From positions 97,741 to 161,740 of the IMG/VR virus record IMGVR_UViG_3300031823_000001: 64,000 nucleotides of DNA; one strand, given 5' to 3'. Source of the DNA: a virus. Under the pieces are notes generated by a model. It was not told where the DNA came from and did not search any database. It was given only the letters and a program-made list of their open reading frames with translations. A program made the translations under genes and the position numbers. How positions within the stretch are numbered: position 1 is the first letter of the stretch; each line of letters opens with the position of its first letter. Shown piece by piece: positions 18,763 through 28,942 of this stretch.

Positions 18763-21157
18763 GGAGATCGCCGGCGGCGACCTCGGCACCGGCTACCTGA
18801 CCCCCCCGGAGGAAGACCGCCGCGCCGAGCTGTGCAGCGCAGCGCTTCACTACGCCCGCGACCTGCGCTTCGCTGTCATCCCCGTCCGGTGGATGGAGAA
18901 CGGCGCGTGCTCCTGCCCGCGCGGGATCGAGTGCCCGTCCCCGGGCAAGCACCCGGTGCACGAGCACTGGCCCGACACCGCCACCGCCGACCCGCTGGAG
19001 GTGGCGCACTGGTGGCGGCCGGTGCCGCCGGACGCCAACCCGTCCGAGTGGTGGCCGAAGGCGAACATCGGCATCGTGACCGGCCGCAAGTCCGGCATCT
19101 GGGTGCTCGACGTGGACTCCTACAACGGCGGGGACCACCGGCTCGCCGGGTACGAGAACCGCCACGGCGACCTCCCCGAGACACGCCTGCACCGCACCGG
19201 CTCCAACGGCGTGCACTACTTCTTCGCCCACCCCGGGTTCGACGTCCGCAACAACGCCAGCACGATGCTCGGCCAGGGCCTTGACCTGCGCGGCGAGCGC
19301 GGCTTCGTCGTCGCTCCCCCCTCGGTGTCCGCCAAGGGCATCTACGAGCTGAACCCCGCGCACGACATCGCCCCGGCAGCCGCCCCGGCGTGGCTGCTCG
19401 ACCTGCTGCGCGAGTACGACAAGCAGCAGAACGGCGAGGCGCTCGCGGGCAGGATGCCCGAGATCGCCGGGTCCGGCACCCGCCGGTACGCGGAGGCGGC
19501 GCTGCGCGCGGAGGCCGAGCGGATGCGCAAGGCCGGCCCGGGCTACCGCAACGACACTCTCAACCAGTGCGCGTTCAGCCTCGGCACTCTCGGCGGGGCC
19601 GGGCTCCTGGAGGAGGCCACGGCATTCGCCGCGCTGCGCGAGGCCGCCTGCGACTCCGGGCTGGGCGAAGGCGAGATCCGGGCTACCTTCATGTCCGGCT
19701 GGAAGGCCGGCCTGGAGAACCCCCGGCAGGTGCAGTGGCAGGCCATGCAGGGCGAGTGGCCGACCCGCGCCCGCACCGAGTTCGGCCTGGCCGACAGGTT
19801 CGCCGACCACTGGGGAGAGCTGGTGCGCTGGTGCCCGGAGCGCGCCACCTGGATGACTTACCACCAGGGCGTCTGGATGACCGACGCCCCGCAGGCGGGC
19901 GAGTGGTACGCCCAGATGATGATCCGCTCGCTGGAGGACACCGAGGGACTGTCCTACGAGGAGGAACCGGGAACCGCTCCCGACGGGGAGACCGAGACGC
20001 CGTCCCCGCGCGCCATGTTCAGCGAGTGGGTCGCCAAGCAGCAGACGAGGAAGGCGGTCAGCGCCGCCGCCCGGCTGGCGACCGGCCTTCCCCTGATGCG
20101 CATGGCCCAGTCCACCTTCGACGTGGACCCGATGAAGCTGAACGTCAGGAACGGCGTGGTTGACCTGGCGACCGGGGAGTGCACCGAGCACTCTCCGGAC
20201 TACCGGATGACTCTCCAGGCGAATGCGTACTACCGCCGGGGCGAGGCCGCGCCGCAGTGGGACGAGTTCCTGCGGCGGGTGCAGCCTGACCCGGAGATGC
20301 GCGCTTACCTCCAGCGGGTAGCCGGCTACTGCGCGACCGGCCGTACCGACGAGCAGGCCATGTTCCTGTGGCACGGCTCGGGGGCGAACGGCAAGTCCGT
20401 CGCCCAGGCGGTTCTCGCCCACGTGCTGGGCGGCTACGCGCAGACGATGCCGGTGTCCACCCTGATGGCCAGCTCCATGGACGACCGCATCCCCAACGAC
20501 GTTGCCCGGATGGCGGGCAAGCGGTTCCTGGTGGCCAGCGAGACCAAGGCAGGCAGGGCCCTCGACGAGCCGCGCCTGAAGCAGCTCACCGGAGGGGACA
20601 CGATCGCGGCCCGGTACATGCGGGCCGAGTACTTCGAGTTCAAGCCGGTCGGCAAGATCCAGCTCACCACCAACCACCTGCCGAAGATGAGCGACGACGC
20701 GGCCACCTGGCGGCGCATCCACCTGATCCTGTGGGGCGTCGTCATCCCTGAGCACGAGCGGGACGGCTTCCTCCAGGAGCGGCTGATCGCGGAGGAGTCC
20801 GCCGGCATCCTCAACTGGATCATCGAGGGGGCCCTGGCCTGGCAGGCAGACGGCCTGAACCCGCCGGAGGGCGTGCTGGCGGCCAAGGAGGCCTACCGCG
20901 TCGAGGAGGACGTGGTGCAGCAGTTCATCGAGGCGATGATCGACGTGGTGGACCCGGTGGCCCGGCACGTGGGCCGCAGCACGGCGGAGATCCACTCGGC
21001 CTTCGAGAACTGGGCGGCCAGCGAGCACCTCGGGGCGGACGGCAAGCTCGGACAGAGGGCGCTGACCTCGCGGCTGCGGAAGCGCGGCTTCGAGTACGTG
21101 CGAAGGGGCGGCTGGGCCGGGTTCCCGGGGCTCCAGGTGAGGTCGCTCCTGGGCTGA
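18755..21157 (+). CDS. Bifunctional Prim-Pol primase fused to a P4/D5-type SF3 helicase
   Basis: CSC...C.SPGKHP, NIGIVTG, LDVD, GVHYFF, DLRG..GFVVAPPS; GSGANGKS, ASE, LTGGD, TTNHLP; TTG start inferred. Confidence 0.9.
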   Translation: MSEEIAGGDLGTGYLTPPEEDRRAELCSAALHYARDLRFAVIPVRWMENGACSCPRGIECPSPGKHPVHEHWPDTATADPLEVAHWWRPVPPDANPSEWWPKANIGIVTGRKSGIWVLDVDSYNGGDHRLAGYENRHGDLPETRLHRTGSNGVHYFFAHPGFDVRNNASTMLGQGLDLRGERGFVVAPPSVSAKGIYELNPAHDIAPAAAPAWLLDLLREYDKQQNGEALAGRMPEIAGSGTRRYAEAALRAEAERMRKAGPGYRNDTLNQCAFSLGTLGGAGLLEEATAFAALREAACDSGLGEGEIRATFMSGWKAGLENPRQVQWQAMQGEWPTRARTEFGLADRFADHWGELVRWCPERATWMTYHQGVWMTDAPQAGEWYAQMMIRSLEDTEGLSYEEEPGTAPDGETETPSPRAMFSEWVAKQQTRKAVSAAARLATGLPLMRMAQSTFDVDPMKLNVRNGVVDLATGECTEHSPDYRMTLQANAYYRRGEAAPQWDEFLRRVQPDPEMRAYLQRVAGYCATGRTDEQAMFLWHGSGANGKSVAQAVLAHVLGGYAQTMPVSTLMASSMDDRIPNDVARMAGKRFLVASETKAGRALDEPRLKQLTGGDTIAARYMRAEYFEFKPVGKIQLTTNHLPKMSDDAATWRRIHLILWGVVIPEHERDGFLQERLIAEESAGILNWIIEGALAWQADGLNPPEGVLAAKEAYRVEEDVVQQFIEAMIDVVDPVARHVGRSTAEIHSAFENWAASEHLGADGKLGQRALTSRLRKRGFEYVRRGGWAGFPGLQVRSLLG

Positions 21158-21360
21158 CGTGCAATCTTGCCGGGGTCCTGTGCAATCCGGTGTGCACATT
21201 TTGTGCAGAACATGTTTTCGGTAAAACTGAATAACAGGCGAAGTGTGCACATGTGCAATCTTTACCCCGCTGATCCTCCAGAAAAAAATCCGGAGGATCG
21301 TACGGGCATGTAATTGCACATACCGGATTTACGGCTGCATAAGTCACTTTAATACTGCGC
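21158..21360. other. Putative replication origin with TGTGCA(ATC) iterons
   Basis: AT-richer intergenic region; at least seven GTGCA copies in both orientations; GATCCTCC/GGAGGATC hairpin. Confidence 0.6.
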
Positions 21361-21389
21361 AGTACCATATCCGCAAAGGAGGAAACACC

Positions 21390-21572
21390 ATGGCAATCCG
21401 CAAGACAGGGGCCGTCACCGGCCAGGTCACCGAGGTGGAGCAGGAGCCGCAGGAGCAGATCTCCGCCACGGCCGCCCGCTGGCCGCAGGACTACGAAGCC
21501 GCCCCCGTCACCTGGGACGACATCCAGGAGGAAGCCCTGGCGGCCGAGAACAAGGCGGCCGACCAGGAGTGA
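21390..21572 (+). CDS. Small acidic protein
   Basis: AAGGAGG RBS. Confidence 0.65.
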   Translation: MAIRKTGAVTGQVTEVEQEPQEQISATAARWPQDYEAAPVTWDDIQEEALAAENKAADQE

Positions 21573-22498
21573 ACGGCCCGTTCGCCTTCCGTGGCCCTGA
21601 CGGGGAGATCGACCTGGAGGAGGCCCTCGGGCCGCACCTCCGGCACTACGTCGCGGTCATGGTGTCGGGCGCGAACGGGTCGAGAGCGCAGGTCCTGGCC
21701 ATCGGCCGCACCGAGACGCCGCACGGGACCCTGCTCCGCCAGGGGTTCGGCCGCCCTGTCCGGGCGTCCTCGTGCGGCGAGGTTGTCCGGCAGCCGCAGT
21801 GGTCGTGGGACGTCTGCGCTTACTACCTGCTCCTCGGAGTCCGCTGGACGGCGGCCAAGCGGGAAATCCGCCTCGCCTACAAGGCACTGTGGAAGCGGTC
21901 GGGCGGCGTGCAGGACGAGCGGCTCACCTACGCGGTCTCCCAGCTCACCGACGACCGGGTGCGCCGCGCCTACGACCTGGTGCCGCTCGGGGGCGTCTTC
22001 CTGCGCGACCGGGACACCGCCGAGCGGCTCAAGAAGGCTGCGGTCGCCGAGGCGGTCCGCCGGATGACCGAGGAGGGCGAGGAGTTCACCGCCGACGAGG
22101 TGCTGGAGGAGATGGGGCTCCGCAACGAGCCGGCGCCCCCGCAGAGCGCGAAGCCGCCGGAAGAGGCGCCGCCGGGGCGCCAGGAGCCACCGGAGAGCCG
22201 CTGGGGACTGGCGTGGGGTCATTACCTGCTGTCCGGCCCCCAGGGCCCCCCGCAGGCTGACGCGGCTCTCCTGGAGGCCTGGCAGGGCCTGGTCGCCGCC
22301 GCGCTGCGCGAGCGCGGGATCAGCACCGGCTTCGCCGTCGGAGTCGGCTTCGGCGACACCCCTAAAGTGTTGCGCGATATCAATGAACCCTGTATCTTCG
22401 TGATGACAGAAAAAGGGGCTAGCCCGGATAAGGCGAGAGACGCCGTGGAAATGGGCATATCCCTTGGCTACGTCGGAAACAACGCAGGAGGGAATTAA
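21569..22498 (+). CDS. Protein with a degenerate DnaJ J-domain
   Basis: YYLLLGV..TA..REIRLAYKAL...LTD...RRAYD; no HPD motif. Confidence 0.6.
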   Translation: MNGPFAFRGPDGEIDLEEALGPHLRHYVAVMVSGANGSRAQVLAIGRTETPHGTLLRQGFGRPVRASSCGEVVRQPQWSWDVCAYYLLLGVRWTAAKREIRLAYKALWKRSGGVQDERLTYAVSQLTDDRVRRAYDLVPLGGVFLRDRDTAERLKKAAVAEAVRRMTEEGEEFTADEVLEEMGLRNEPAPPQSAKPPEEAPPGRQEPPESRWGLAWGHYLLSGPQGPPQADAALLEAWQGLVAAALRERGISTGFAVGVGFGDTPKVLRDINEPCIFVMTEKGASPDKARDAVEMGISLGYVGNNAGGN

Positions 22499-22500
22499 CA

Positions 22501-23469
22501 GTGCCGAATTATTCAAAGGGCACCAAGAAGGCGGAGGAAGTCGCCGAGGAGAACCGTTCCTCGGGCTTCTACCGGGTCAAGACGATGATCATGAAGGCCG
22601 GCGAAGGGCCGTGGTATCTCCGGCTCCTCACCGACCTGGACGAGATGACGTCGGCCGACACCCACATGTTCTGCGATACCAAGCCCAAGCCTCCGGAGTT
22701 CAAGGGCGACAACTGGCCGAAGGCCATGCCGGCGGTCTGCCGGAACGACCGGATGTTCCGCGTCCTCGACGCGGACGGGCGGCCCACCGACCAGTTCGAA
22801 GAGGACGAGGAGGGCGGCGGCACCTACGGCGACTGCTACATCCACGACCGTGACCGGGGCAAGGTCCGCGAGGGCAAGTTCAAGCGGGACAAGTCCGTTC
22901 CCGACTGGCAGACCTACAGTCTGGCCGTCGTCCGCGAGCCCATCCTCGACCCGGTGAGCAAGCGCCCGATCGGCTACCGGGACGCCGAAGACGAGTTCAA
23001 GATGCCCGACGGGTCGATCAAGAAGATCCCCCGGCTGGTCATCGTCTCCCAGAAGCACCGCAACTTCTGGAGCGGCGTCGAGGCCGCGCTGTTCGAGGGC
23101 GGCCCTCTCGGCGCCCGCGACATCAGGATCACCCGCAAGGAGAACGACTACAGCTTCGGCGTGTCGTCCCCCGATCCGAAGCTGTACCCGGGGTCGGACG
23201 CGTGGAAGCGCTACACCGAGGCCATCGAGCTGGTCGGGTTCGACCTGGACGAGCACATCCTCGAACTGGCTAGCAAGGACTGGTACGACCGCTGGTTCGT
23301 CGAGGGCGCGGTCCCGAAGGACGGCTACGCCCGGTCCGAGGACACCACCGAGGAAGCCTCCGACGCCGTCGCCGGGACAGAGGCAGCCGAGAAGATCGAC
23401 CCGGAGAGGGTGGACGTCTTCGCCGAGCAGCTCAGGTCGGCCCGCTCGACGGCCGCCGCCTCAGCCTGA
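22501..23469 (+). CDS. gp32-like single-stranded DNA-binding protein
   Basis: AGGAGG RBS; position before dnaE; H/C/C ligands; acidic C-terminus. Confidence 0.55.
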   Translation: MPNYSKGTKKAEEVAEENRSSGFYRVKTMIMKAGEGPWYLRLLTDLDEMTSADTHMFCDTKPKPPEFKGDNWPKAMPAVCRNDRMFRVLDADGRPTDQFEEDEEGGGTYGDCYIHDRDRGKVREGKFKRDKSVPDWQTYSLAVVREPILDPVSKRPIGYRDAEDEFKMPDGSIKKIPRLVIVSQKHRNFWSGVEAALFEGGPLGARDIRITRKENDYSFGVSSPDPKLYPGSDAWKRYTEAIELVGFDLDEHILELASKDWYDRWFVEGAVPKDGYARSEDTTEEASDAVAGTEAAEKIDPERVDVFAEQLRSARSTAAASA

Positions 23470-23477
23470 CCGTCCCC

Positions 23478-23522
23478 GGAACCCCGGCCCGCGACCTCGC
23501 ACCTGTCGCGGGCCGGGGTTTC
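23478..23522 (+). terminator. Hairpin terminator or attenuator before dnaE
   Basis: AACCCCGGCCCGCGAC / GTCGCGGGCCGGGGTT followed by T. Confidence 0.65.
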
Positions 23523-23538
23523 TGGTCCTGGAGGAACG

Positions 23539-26500
23539 ATGGCCTTCGCTGACCTGCACGTCCACTCCGAGTACTCCGTCCTCGACGGCCTGAGCACCAC
23601 CGCCGAGATCGCCCGCCGGGTCGCCGAGAACGGCGGCACCGCCGCAGCCCTGACCGACCACGGGGGCTGCTTCGGTCATGTCCAGTGGCAGCGCGACGCC
23701 GATGCCGCCGGGATCAAGCCAGTCTTCGGGATCGAGACTTACTTCCGCCCCGACCGGCTGGCGCGTCCCGCCGAGGGCGACAAGGAGGCGCAGAAGCGCC
23801 TTGTCAACGGCGACCACCTGATTCTCCTCGCCCAGGGAGACAAGGGGCTGCACGACCTGTGGGCGGCTTCCACCGAGGCGTACGTCTCCGGCTTCTACGG
23901 CCGCCCCCGGATGGACTGGGCCCTGCTGGAGGAGTTCGGCTCCGACCTGATCTGCACGACCTCCTGCCTCAGCGGCATCATCGCCGACGACATAAAGCAC
24001 GGCCGGGTGAACCAGGTGATCACCGCGCTCGACCGGCTCAAGTCGATCTTCGGGGACCGGCTGTTCCTGGAGATCCAGGGCAACGAGCTGGCTGAGCAGA
24101 GGTACATGAACAAGGCGCTCGCCGAGGTCAGCGAGATCATGGGCATCCCCGTGATCGCCACGAGCGACGCCCATTACCCGGGCGCAGCGGAGAAGGACCT
24201 GCACCGGACCTGGATGGCCTGCCAGTCGGGCAAGCGCAACGACGACTACTGGCACTTCTCCGGGATGCTGGCGGAGGACCAGCTCCGGGGGTTCCTCGGC
24301 TACCTGGACCCGAAGGTAGTCGATAAGGCCGTCTGGAACACCAGCGAGATCGCCGCCCGCTGCACTGCCCGCATCGGCGGCCACGCCGAGCCGCCGGTAT
24401 TCACCCCCGGCGGCACCCCTGAAGACGACGCCCGCGCGCTGCGCGCGATGTGCGAGGCCAACCGGGGGCTGGTGGACCACCTGGGCCGCGAGTACCGCGA
24501 CCGCGAAGACCGCGAGTTCGAGGTGGTCACCGGGAAGGGCCTGGCCGGCTGTTACCTGATCGTCGAGGACCTTATCCGGTTCGCCCGCAGCCAGGGGCGC
24601 CTCGTCGGACCGGGGCGCGGGTCGGCTGCCGGGTCGCTCATGAGCTACCTGCTGGGCATCACGAGCGTTGACCCGATCAAGACCGGGCTGCTGTTCGAGC
24701 GGTTCCTCACGAAGGGCCGGGAGGCCCTCCCGGACTTCGACCTGGACTTCGCCTCCAGCGCCCGCGCCCCGATCCAGGACTACGCCGTGAGCAAGTACGG
24801 CGCCGACCACGTCGTCCGCGTCGGAACCATCATGCGGTACGGCGCCAAGGGCATCCTCAACAAGCTGCTGTCGATTGAGGCAGATCGTTACCGCACCCTG
24901 AATACCGGCCCTTACGGGGACGCGGGCGGTCAGCGCCAGGCACTTGCCGACCAGTGCAAGGCCGATGCATCCGTCATCGGGAAGATCGTCGACCAGGCGG
25001 AGGCGGGCACCGCAGGCCTGGGACTCCCCTGGGAAGAGATCATGCAGGACCCGGAGATCGCTGAGTACCGGGAGAAGTACCCGCAGGTCTTCGCGACCGC
25101 CGAGCGGCTCCAGGGCCGCGTCTACGCCCAGGGCCAGCACCCGGCCGGGCTGATCATCTCCCCGGGCCGCGTGCTGACCGGGGCGATGCCGATGCGGCAT
25201 GCCAAGCCGGGCGACAAGCTGCTGGTCTCCCAGTGGGACTACCGTGCGGCCGAGGACCTCAATCTGCTGAAGCTCGACATCCTGACTCTGCGCACACTGG
25301 ATACGGCGGAGACGGCCGTCAGGCTGGTGGAGGAGCGCACCGGCATCCGGCTCGACCCGCGCTCCTGGGACATCGAGCATCTCGACCCCCAGGTCTACGA
25401 CGCCGTGGACACGGGGCAGACGCTGGGCGTCTTCCAGCTTGAGACGCGGCTGTGCTCCGACTACGCCCGCCGCATGAGGCCGCGCACCCTCGCCCACCTC
25501 GCCGACCTGACCACCTTCATCCGCCCGGGGCCGCGCAACTCCGGCGCGACGGAGAAGTACCTGGCCCGGTTCCTGGGGACCGAGGAGGTGGAGTACGCGC
25601 ACCCGCTGCTGAAGGAGCTGCTGAGCAGCACCTACGGGGTGATGCTGTACCAGGAGCAGGTGATGCTGGCCTGCATGATCCTGGCCGGGTACTCCGAGCT
25701 GGAAGCCGACGGGGTGCGCAAGATCCTCGGCAAGAAGCTGGTGTCCAAGATCGAGGCGGCCGGGCAGGAGTTCATCCGCCGGGCGGTAGAGCGCGGCCAC
25801 GACGAGGAGCAGATGACTGCCCTGTGGGCGGACATGGCGGAGTTCGGCCGTTATGCCTTCAACAAGGCACACGGCTACTCCTACGGGGTGCTCAGCTACT
25901 GGACTGCGTGGCTGAAGGAGCACTACCCGGCGGAGTTCCTCACCGCCGTCATGTCCACGGTGGACATGGACCGGCTGCCGGAGTTCGCCATGGAGGCGCG
26001 CCGGATCGGCCTGACGGTGCTGCCGCCGGACGTCTCCTGCTGCCAGGGCGGGTTCACCTGCCAGGGGATCACCGTCCGCTACGGGCTGCTGGCTATCCCC
26101 ACGGTGGGGGAGGCGGCGGTGAGGACGATCGTCCGCGCCCAGCCGTACAGCTCCTACGCCGACTTCCTGGCCCGCTCGGGGGCGAACGCGGGGGTGACTT
26201 ACGCCCTGGCGAAGGCGGGCGCGCTGGACAGCCTGGTGCCCAGCCGCAAGGGCCTGGTGCGGGTAATCGAGTCCGACCGGGACGGGACCTCGGTGCGGTG
26301 CGTGCACAAGACCGACGAGGCGGCGGGCCCCGGCGGCCTGCCGTGCGGATTCGGCTGGGAGGCCGACCAGCGGGAGCAGGAGGAGCAGCACGCGCGGCTG
26401 ATGGCCCCGCGCCTCGCCGACGGCAGGAAGGCGCTGAAGCTCGCCGTCAAGCCGCCTCCGGCCCGGTGCACCAGAGCGTGCCGCCGCTACACCCCGCCGT

Positions 26501-26955
26501 CGCTGCCGGGCATGGCGGCGTGGGGCGAGTACCCGCCGGACGCCCTGTTCCGGGCTGACATGGAGGTCTACGGCACCTGGATGACGGAGGCGGTTTTCGC
26601 GCAGCTCGACACCCTGTCTGAGGGCCTGCGCGAGCAGGCGCGGGAGATGGGCCGGCTGCTGGTGACCGCCGCGCCGGGGACCTACCCGGCGGCGGCCGTG
26701 TTCGCCGGCGCCCGCAGCGCCGTCACCAGGACCGGGAGCACGATGTGGTGGGTGCGGCTGCTCACCGAGGCGAGCGTGCTCGACCTGGCGTGCTTCTCCC
26801 CGCGCCGGGAGGAGGACCTGGACGTGCCGGGGATGGTCCGGCGGCTGCGGCAGGGGACCCTGGTGCAGGCCGAGGTGAAGAAGCGCTCGTACATGAGCAG
26901 GTCCGGTCCCCGGATGGGATGGAACCTGACGGCTGTCTACCCGCTGGGAGGATAA
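23539..26955 (+). CDS. dnaE: DNA polymerase III alpha subunit
   Basis: PHP motifs HVHSEYS, TDHG, SDAHY; GPGRGSAAGS, PDFDLDF, KLDIL, GVFQLE, RPGP, FNKAH. Confidence 0.95.
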   Translation: MAFADLHVHSEYSVLDGLSTTAEIARRVAENGGTAAALTDHGGCFGHVQWQRDADAAGIKPVFGIETYFRPDRLARPAEGDKEAQKRLVNGDHLILLAQGDKGLHDLWAASTEAYVSGFYGRPRMDWALLEEFGSDLICTTSCLSGIIADDIKHGRVNQVITALDRLKSIFGDRLFLEIQGNELAEQRYMNKALAEVSEIMGIPVIATSDAHYPGAAEKDLHRTWMACQSGKRNDDYWHFSGMLAEDQLRGFLGYLDPKVVDKAVWNTSEIAARCTARIGGHAEPPVFTPGGTPEDDARALRAMCEANRGLVDHLGREYRDREDREFEVVTGKGLAGCYLIVEDLIRFARSQGRLVGPGRGSAAGSLMSYLLGITSVDPIKTGLLFERFLTKGREALPDFDLDFASSARAPIQDYAVSKYGADHVVRVGTIMRYGAKGILNKLLSIEADRYRTLNTGPYGDAGGQRQALADQCKADASVIGKIVDQAEAGTAGLGLPWEEIMQDPEIAEYREKYPQVFATAERLQGRVYAQGQHPAGLIISPGRVLTGAMPMRHAKPGDKLLVSQWDYRAAEDLNLLKLDILTLRTLDTAETAVRLVEERTGIRLDPRSWDIEHLDPQVYDAVDTGQTLGVFQLETRLCSDYARRMRPRTLAHLADLTTFIRPGPRNSGATEKYLARFLGTEEVEYAHPLLKELLSSTYGVMLYQEQVMLACMILAGYSELEADGVRKILGKKLVSKIEAAGQEFIRRAVERGHDEEQMTALWADMAEFGRYAFNKAHGYSYGVLSYWTAWLKEHYPAEFLTAVMSTVDMDRLPEFAMEARRIGLTVLPPDVSCCQGGFTCQGITVRYGLLAIPTVGEAAVRTIVRAQPYSSYADFLARSGANAGVTYALAKAGALDSLVPSRKGLVRVIESDRDGTSVRCVHKTDEAAGPGGLPCGFGWEADQREQEEQHARLMAPRLADGRKALKLAVKPPPARCTRACRRYTPPSLPGMAAWGEYPPDALFRADMEVYGTWMTEAVFAQLDTLSEGLREQAREMGRLLVTAAPGTYPAAAVFAGARSAVTRTGSTMWWVRLLTEASVLDLACFSPRREEDLDVPGMVRRLRQGTLVQAEVKKRSYMSRSGPRMGWNLTAVYPLGG

Positions 26956-26994
26956 AAGCGATACAATCTTTCCAGATAAAAAGAAAGGACGAGA

Positions 26995-28098
26995 ATGCCT
27001 CCTAAGCCGCCGCCGGTAGGAACGTCGAAAGCTAAGTCCCTCAGAGGCTTCGCCCTGGAAATGCAGTCCCGTTACGGGCAGAAGCGGATTGCCAACGGGC
27101 CGCCGCCGGTCATCGTCCCTACCGGGTCCCTGAACCTGGACCGGGCACTGCGAGTCGGCGGCTGGCAGCTCGGCCGCGTGTACGAGATCGTCGGCCCCAA
27201 GGACTCGGGCAAGTCCAGCCTGGTGATCGCCTCCATGGTCAGCTTCCTGGAGGCATTCCCCGACAAGGGAGCCGGCTACGTCAACATCGAGAACACCTTC
27301 GACCCGGACCGGGCGACTGAGATGGGACTGGACTGCTCGGACGAGGCCATCGCGAGCGGCCGGTGGGCGCCCCTGCTCCCGGCTAATACCGAGGAGGCCA
27401 GCGACATGGCGCGGGACTACTGCGCCAGCGGTTTCTACTCGGTGCTCGTAGTTGACTCGGTCGGCGGAATGGAGTCCCAGCGCGTCCTGGACAAGAGCGC
27501 CGCCGAGGACACGATGGGCAAGAACGCCCAGGTCATCACCAAGATGACCAAGCACCTGTCCACTCTGGCGCGGCTTAACCAGTGCACCGTCCTGCTGGTC
27601 AACCAGCAGCGGGCCAATTTCTCCTCCTACGGCGGACCGCAGTCGGCCGGCCCGATGGCGATGCAGTACTCCACCACCGCGAAAGTCGAGATGTCGATGC
27701 GGGCGTCCGCCGACAACGGCGACATCCGGAAGCTGAAGCTGCCGGGCGACGACGAGCCCGTGGCGGTCAGCCAGCGGCACGTGGCCAGGATCACCAGGGC
27801 GAAGAACACCCTGGCGGGCGGCCGGACAGCGCAGCTATTCATCAACAAGGTCGGCACGGAGCAGTACGGGCCGCCGGGGATCGACTACTCCGACGAGTAC
27901 CTCACGATCGGCTCGGCTCAGGGAGTCGTTAAGGCCTCCGGGGCCTGGTACACGTTCCCGGACGGCGGCCGGGCCAACGGCCGTGACAAGGGCGCGGCTT
28001 ACCTGCGGGAGCACCCGGAGGTCATGAAGCAAGTCCGGGAGGCCATCGACTTCGATGCCCCGGTAGAAGAGCTAGAAGGAGCGACGGATGCCAGCTAA
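26995..28098 (+). CDS. recA: RecA/UvsX-like recombinase
   Basis: PTGSLNLDRAL..GG, GPKDSGKS, VVDSV, LVNQ.R, GAWY. Confidence 0.9.
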   Translation: MPPKPPPVGTSKAKSLRGFALEMQSRYGQKRIANGPPPVIVPTGSLNLDRALRVGGWQLGRVYEIVGPKDSGKSSLVIASMVSFLEAFPDKGAGYVNIENTFDPDRATEMGLDCSDEAIASGRWAPLLPANTEEASDMARDYCASGFYSVLVVDSVGGMESQRVLDKSAAEDTMGKNAQVITKMTKHLSTLARLNQCTVLLVNQQRANFSSYGGPQSAGPMAMQYSTTAKVEMSMRASADNGDIRKLKLPGDDEPVAVSQRHVARITRAKNTLAGGRTAQLFINKVGTEQYGPPGIDYSDEYLTIGSAQGVVKASGAWYTFPDGGRANGRDKGAAYLREHPEVMKQVREAIDFDAPVEELEGATDAS

Positions 28099-28942
28099 CC
28101 CGAGTACCGCCGAGATGGGGCGGCGTCACGTGGAGCGCGCAGCCGAGGCCCTCGGGTGCGTTCCCTCGTCCGGCAGCGGCAACAGGTGGCAGAACCCCGC
28201 CGACGGGCGTTCCCCGCACGACAAGCCCTACCCGCTTGCCCTGGAGGGCAAGTCCACCCGGGGCAAGTCGATCTCCGTCACCCTGGAAATGATCGCCAAG
28301 CTCCGCGAGCAGTCCCTGGGGGAGAACCCGGTGCTGCCGATGTGCTGGTACGGCACCGACGACCTGACTGAGGTCCTGGAGGACTGGGCGGCGGTCCCGC
28401 TCGACTTCCTGGCCGAGGTCCTCGTTTCAGCCAGGAAGTTCGTGGAGCTGGAGACGGAGCTGGGCGACGTCACCCCGGAGCACATCAAGGCCCTTGTCCT
28501 GCGCGCCGGGCTGGTAGACGGCCTGCGCAAGAACCTCGCCGAGGCGCACGAGGCGCTGACGGCAGCGGGGGAGGCTATCGCCTTGCGGAACCTGGACGTG
28601 CGGGACGCCGAGGCCGAGGTGGCCCGCCTGCGCGACCGGGAGGCCTACCCCAAGGAGCTGGCGCAGTGGGTGCCGAAGCTCCCGTGGACGGTCATCCGGA
28701 TCTTCCCCGAAGACCAGCGGGGCAAGAGCGCCGACAACCCGGCCGGCGCCGCAGTCCATTACGAGCCCGACGGGACCCAGCGGCTCTCCAAGGTCAGGCA
28801 GGTGCGCGTGCAGCGCTCGGCAGTCAACCGGCCGCAGGTCTTCGCGGACAACGTGCGGATCAGGAACGCCGACGTGTTCGGCTCGGACGGCAGGCTCCTG
28901 GCCCGCTCCTGCGAAGACGACGAGTCGATCGAGGAGGGGTGA
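28088..28942 (+). CDS. PD-(D/E)XK Holliday-junction-resolvase-like nuclease with coiled-coil extension
   Basis: GSGNRW..PADG...LEGKST. Confidence 0.55.
   Translation: MPANPSTAEMGRRHVERAAEALGCVPSSGSGNRWQNPADGRSPHDKPYPLALEGKSTRGKSISVTLEMIAKLREQSLGENPVLPMCWYGTDDLTEVLEDWAAVPLDFLAEVLVSARKFVELETELGDVTPEHIKALVLRAGLVDGLRKNLAEAHEALTAAGEAIALRNLDVRDAEAEVARLRDREAYPKELAQWVPKLPWTVIRIFPEDQRGKSADNPAGAAVHYEPDGTQRLSKVRQVRVQRSAVNRPQVFADNVRIRNADVFGSDGRLLARSCEDDESIEEG

Noticed and set aside
23461-27780. Long antisense ORFs (also 37976-40513, 40817-43798, 46138-48801, 18683-21319)
   Set aside because: These are shadow ORFs caused by high-GC3 codon bias opposite genes with clear motifs.
23539-28098. Inteins in DnaE or RecA
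   Set aside because: Protein lengths are normal and no C...HN-(C/S/T) junction or LAGLIDADG block was seen. Only a short insertion near 24870-24970.
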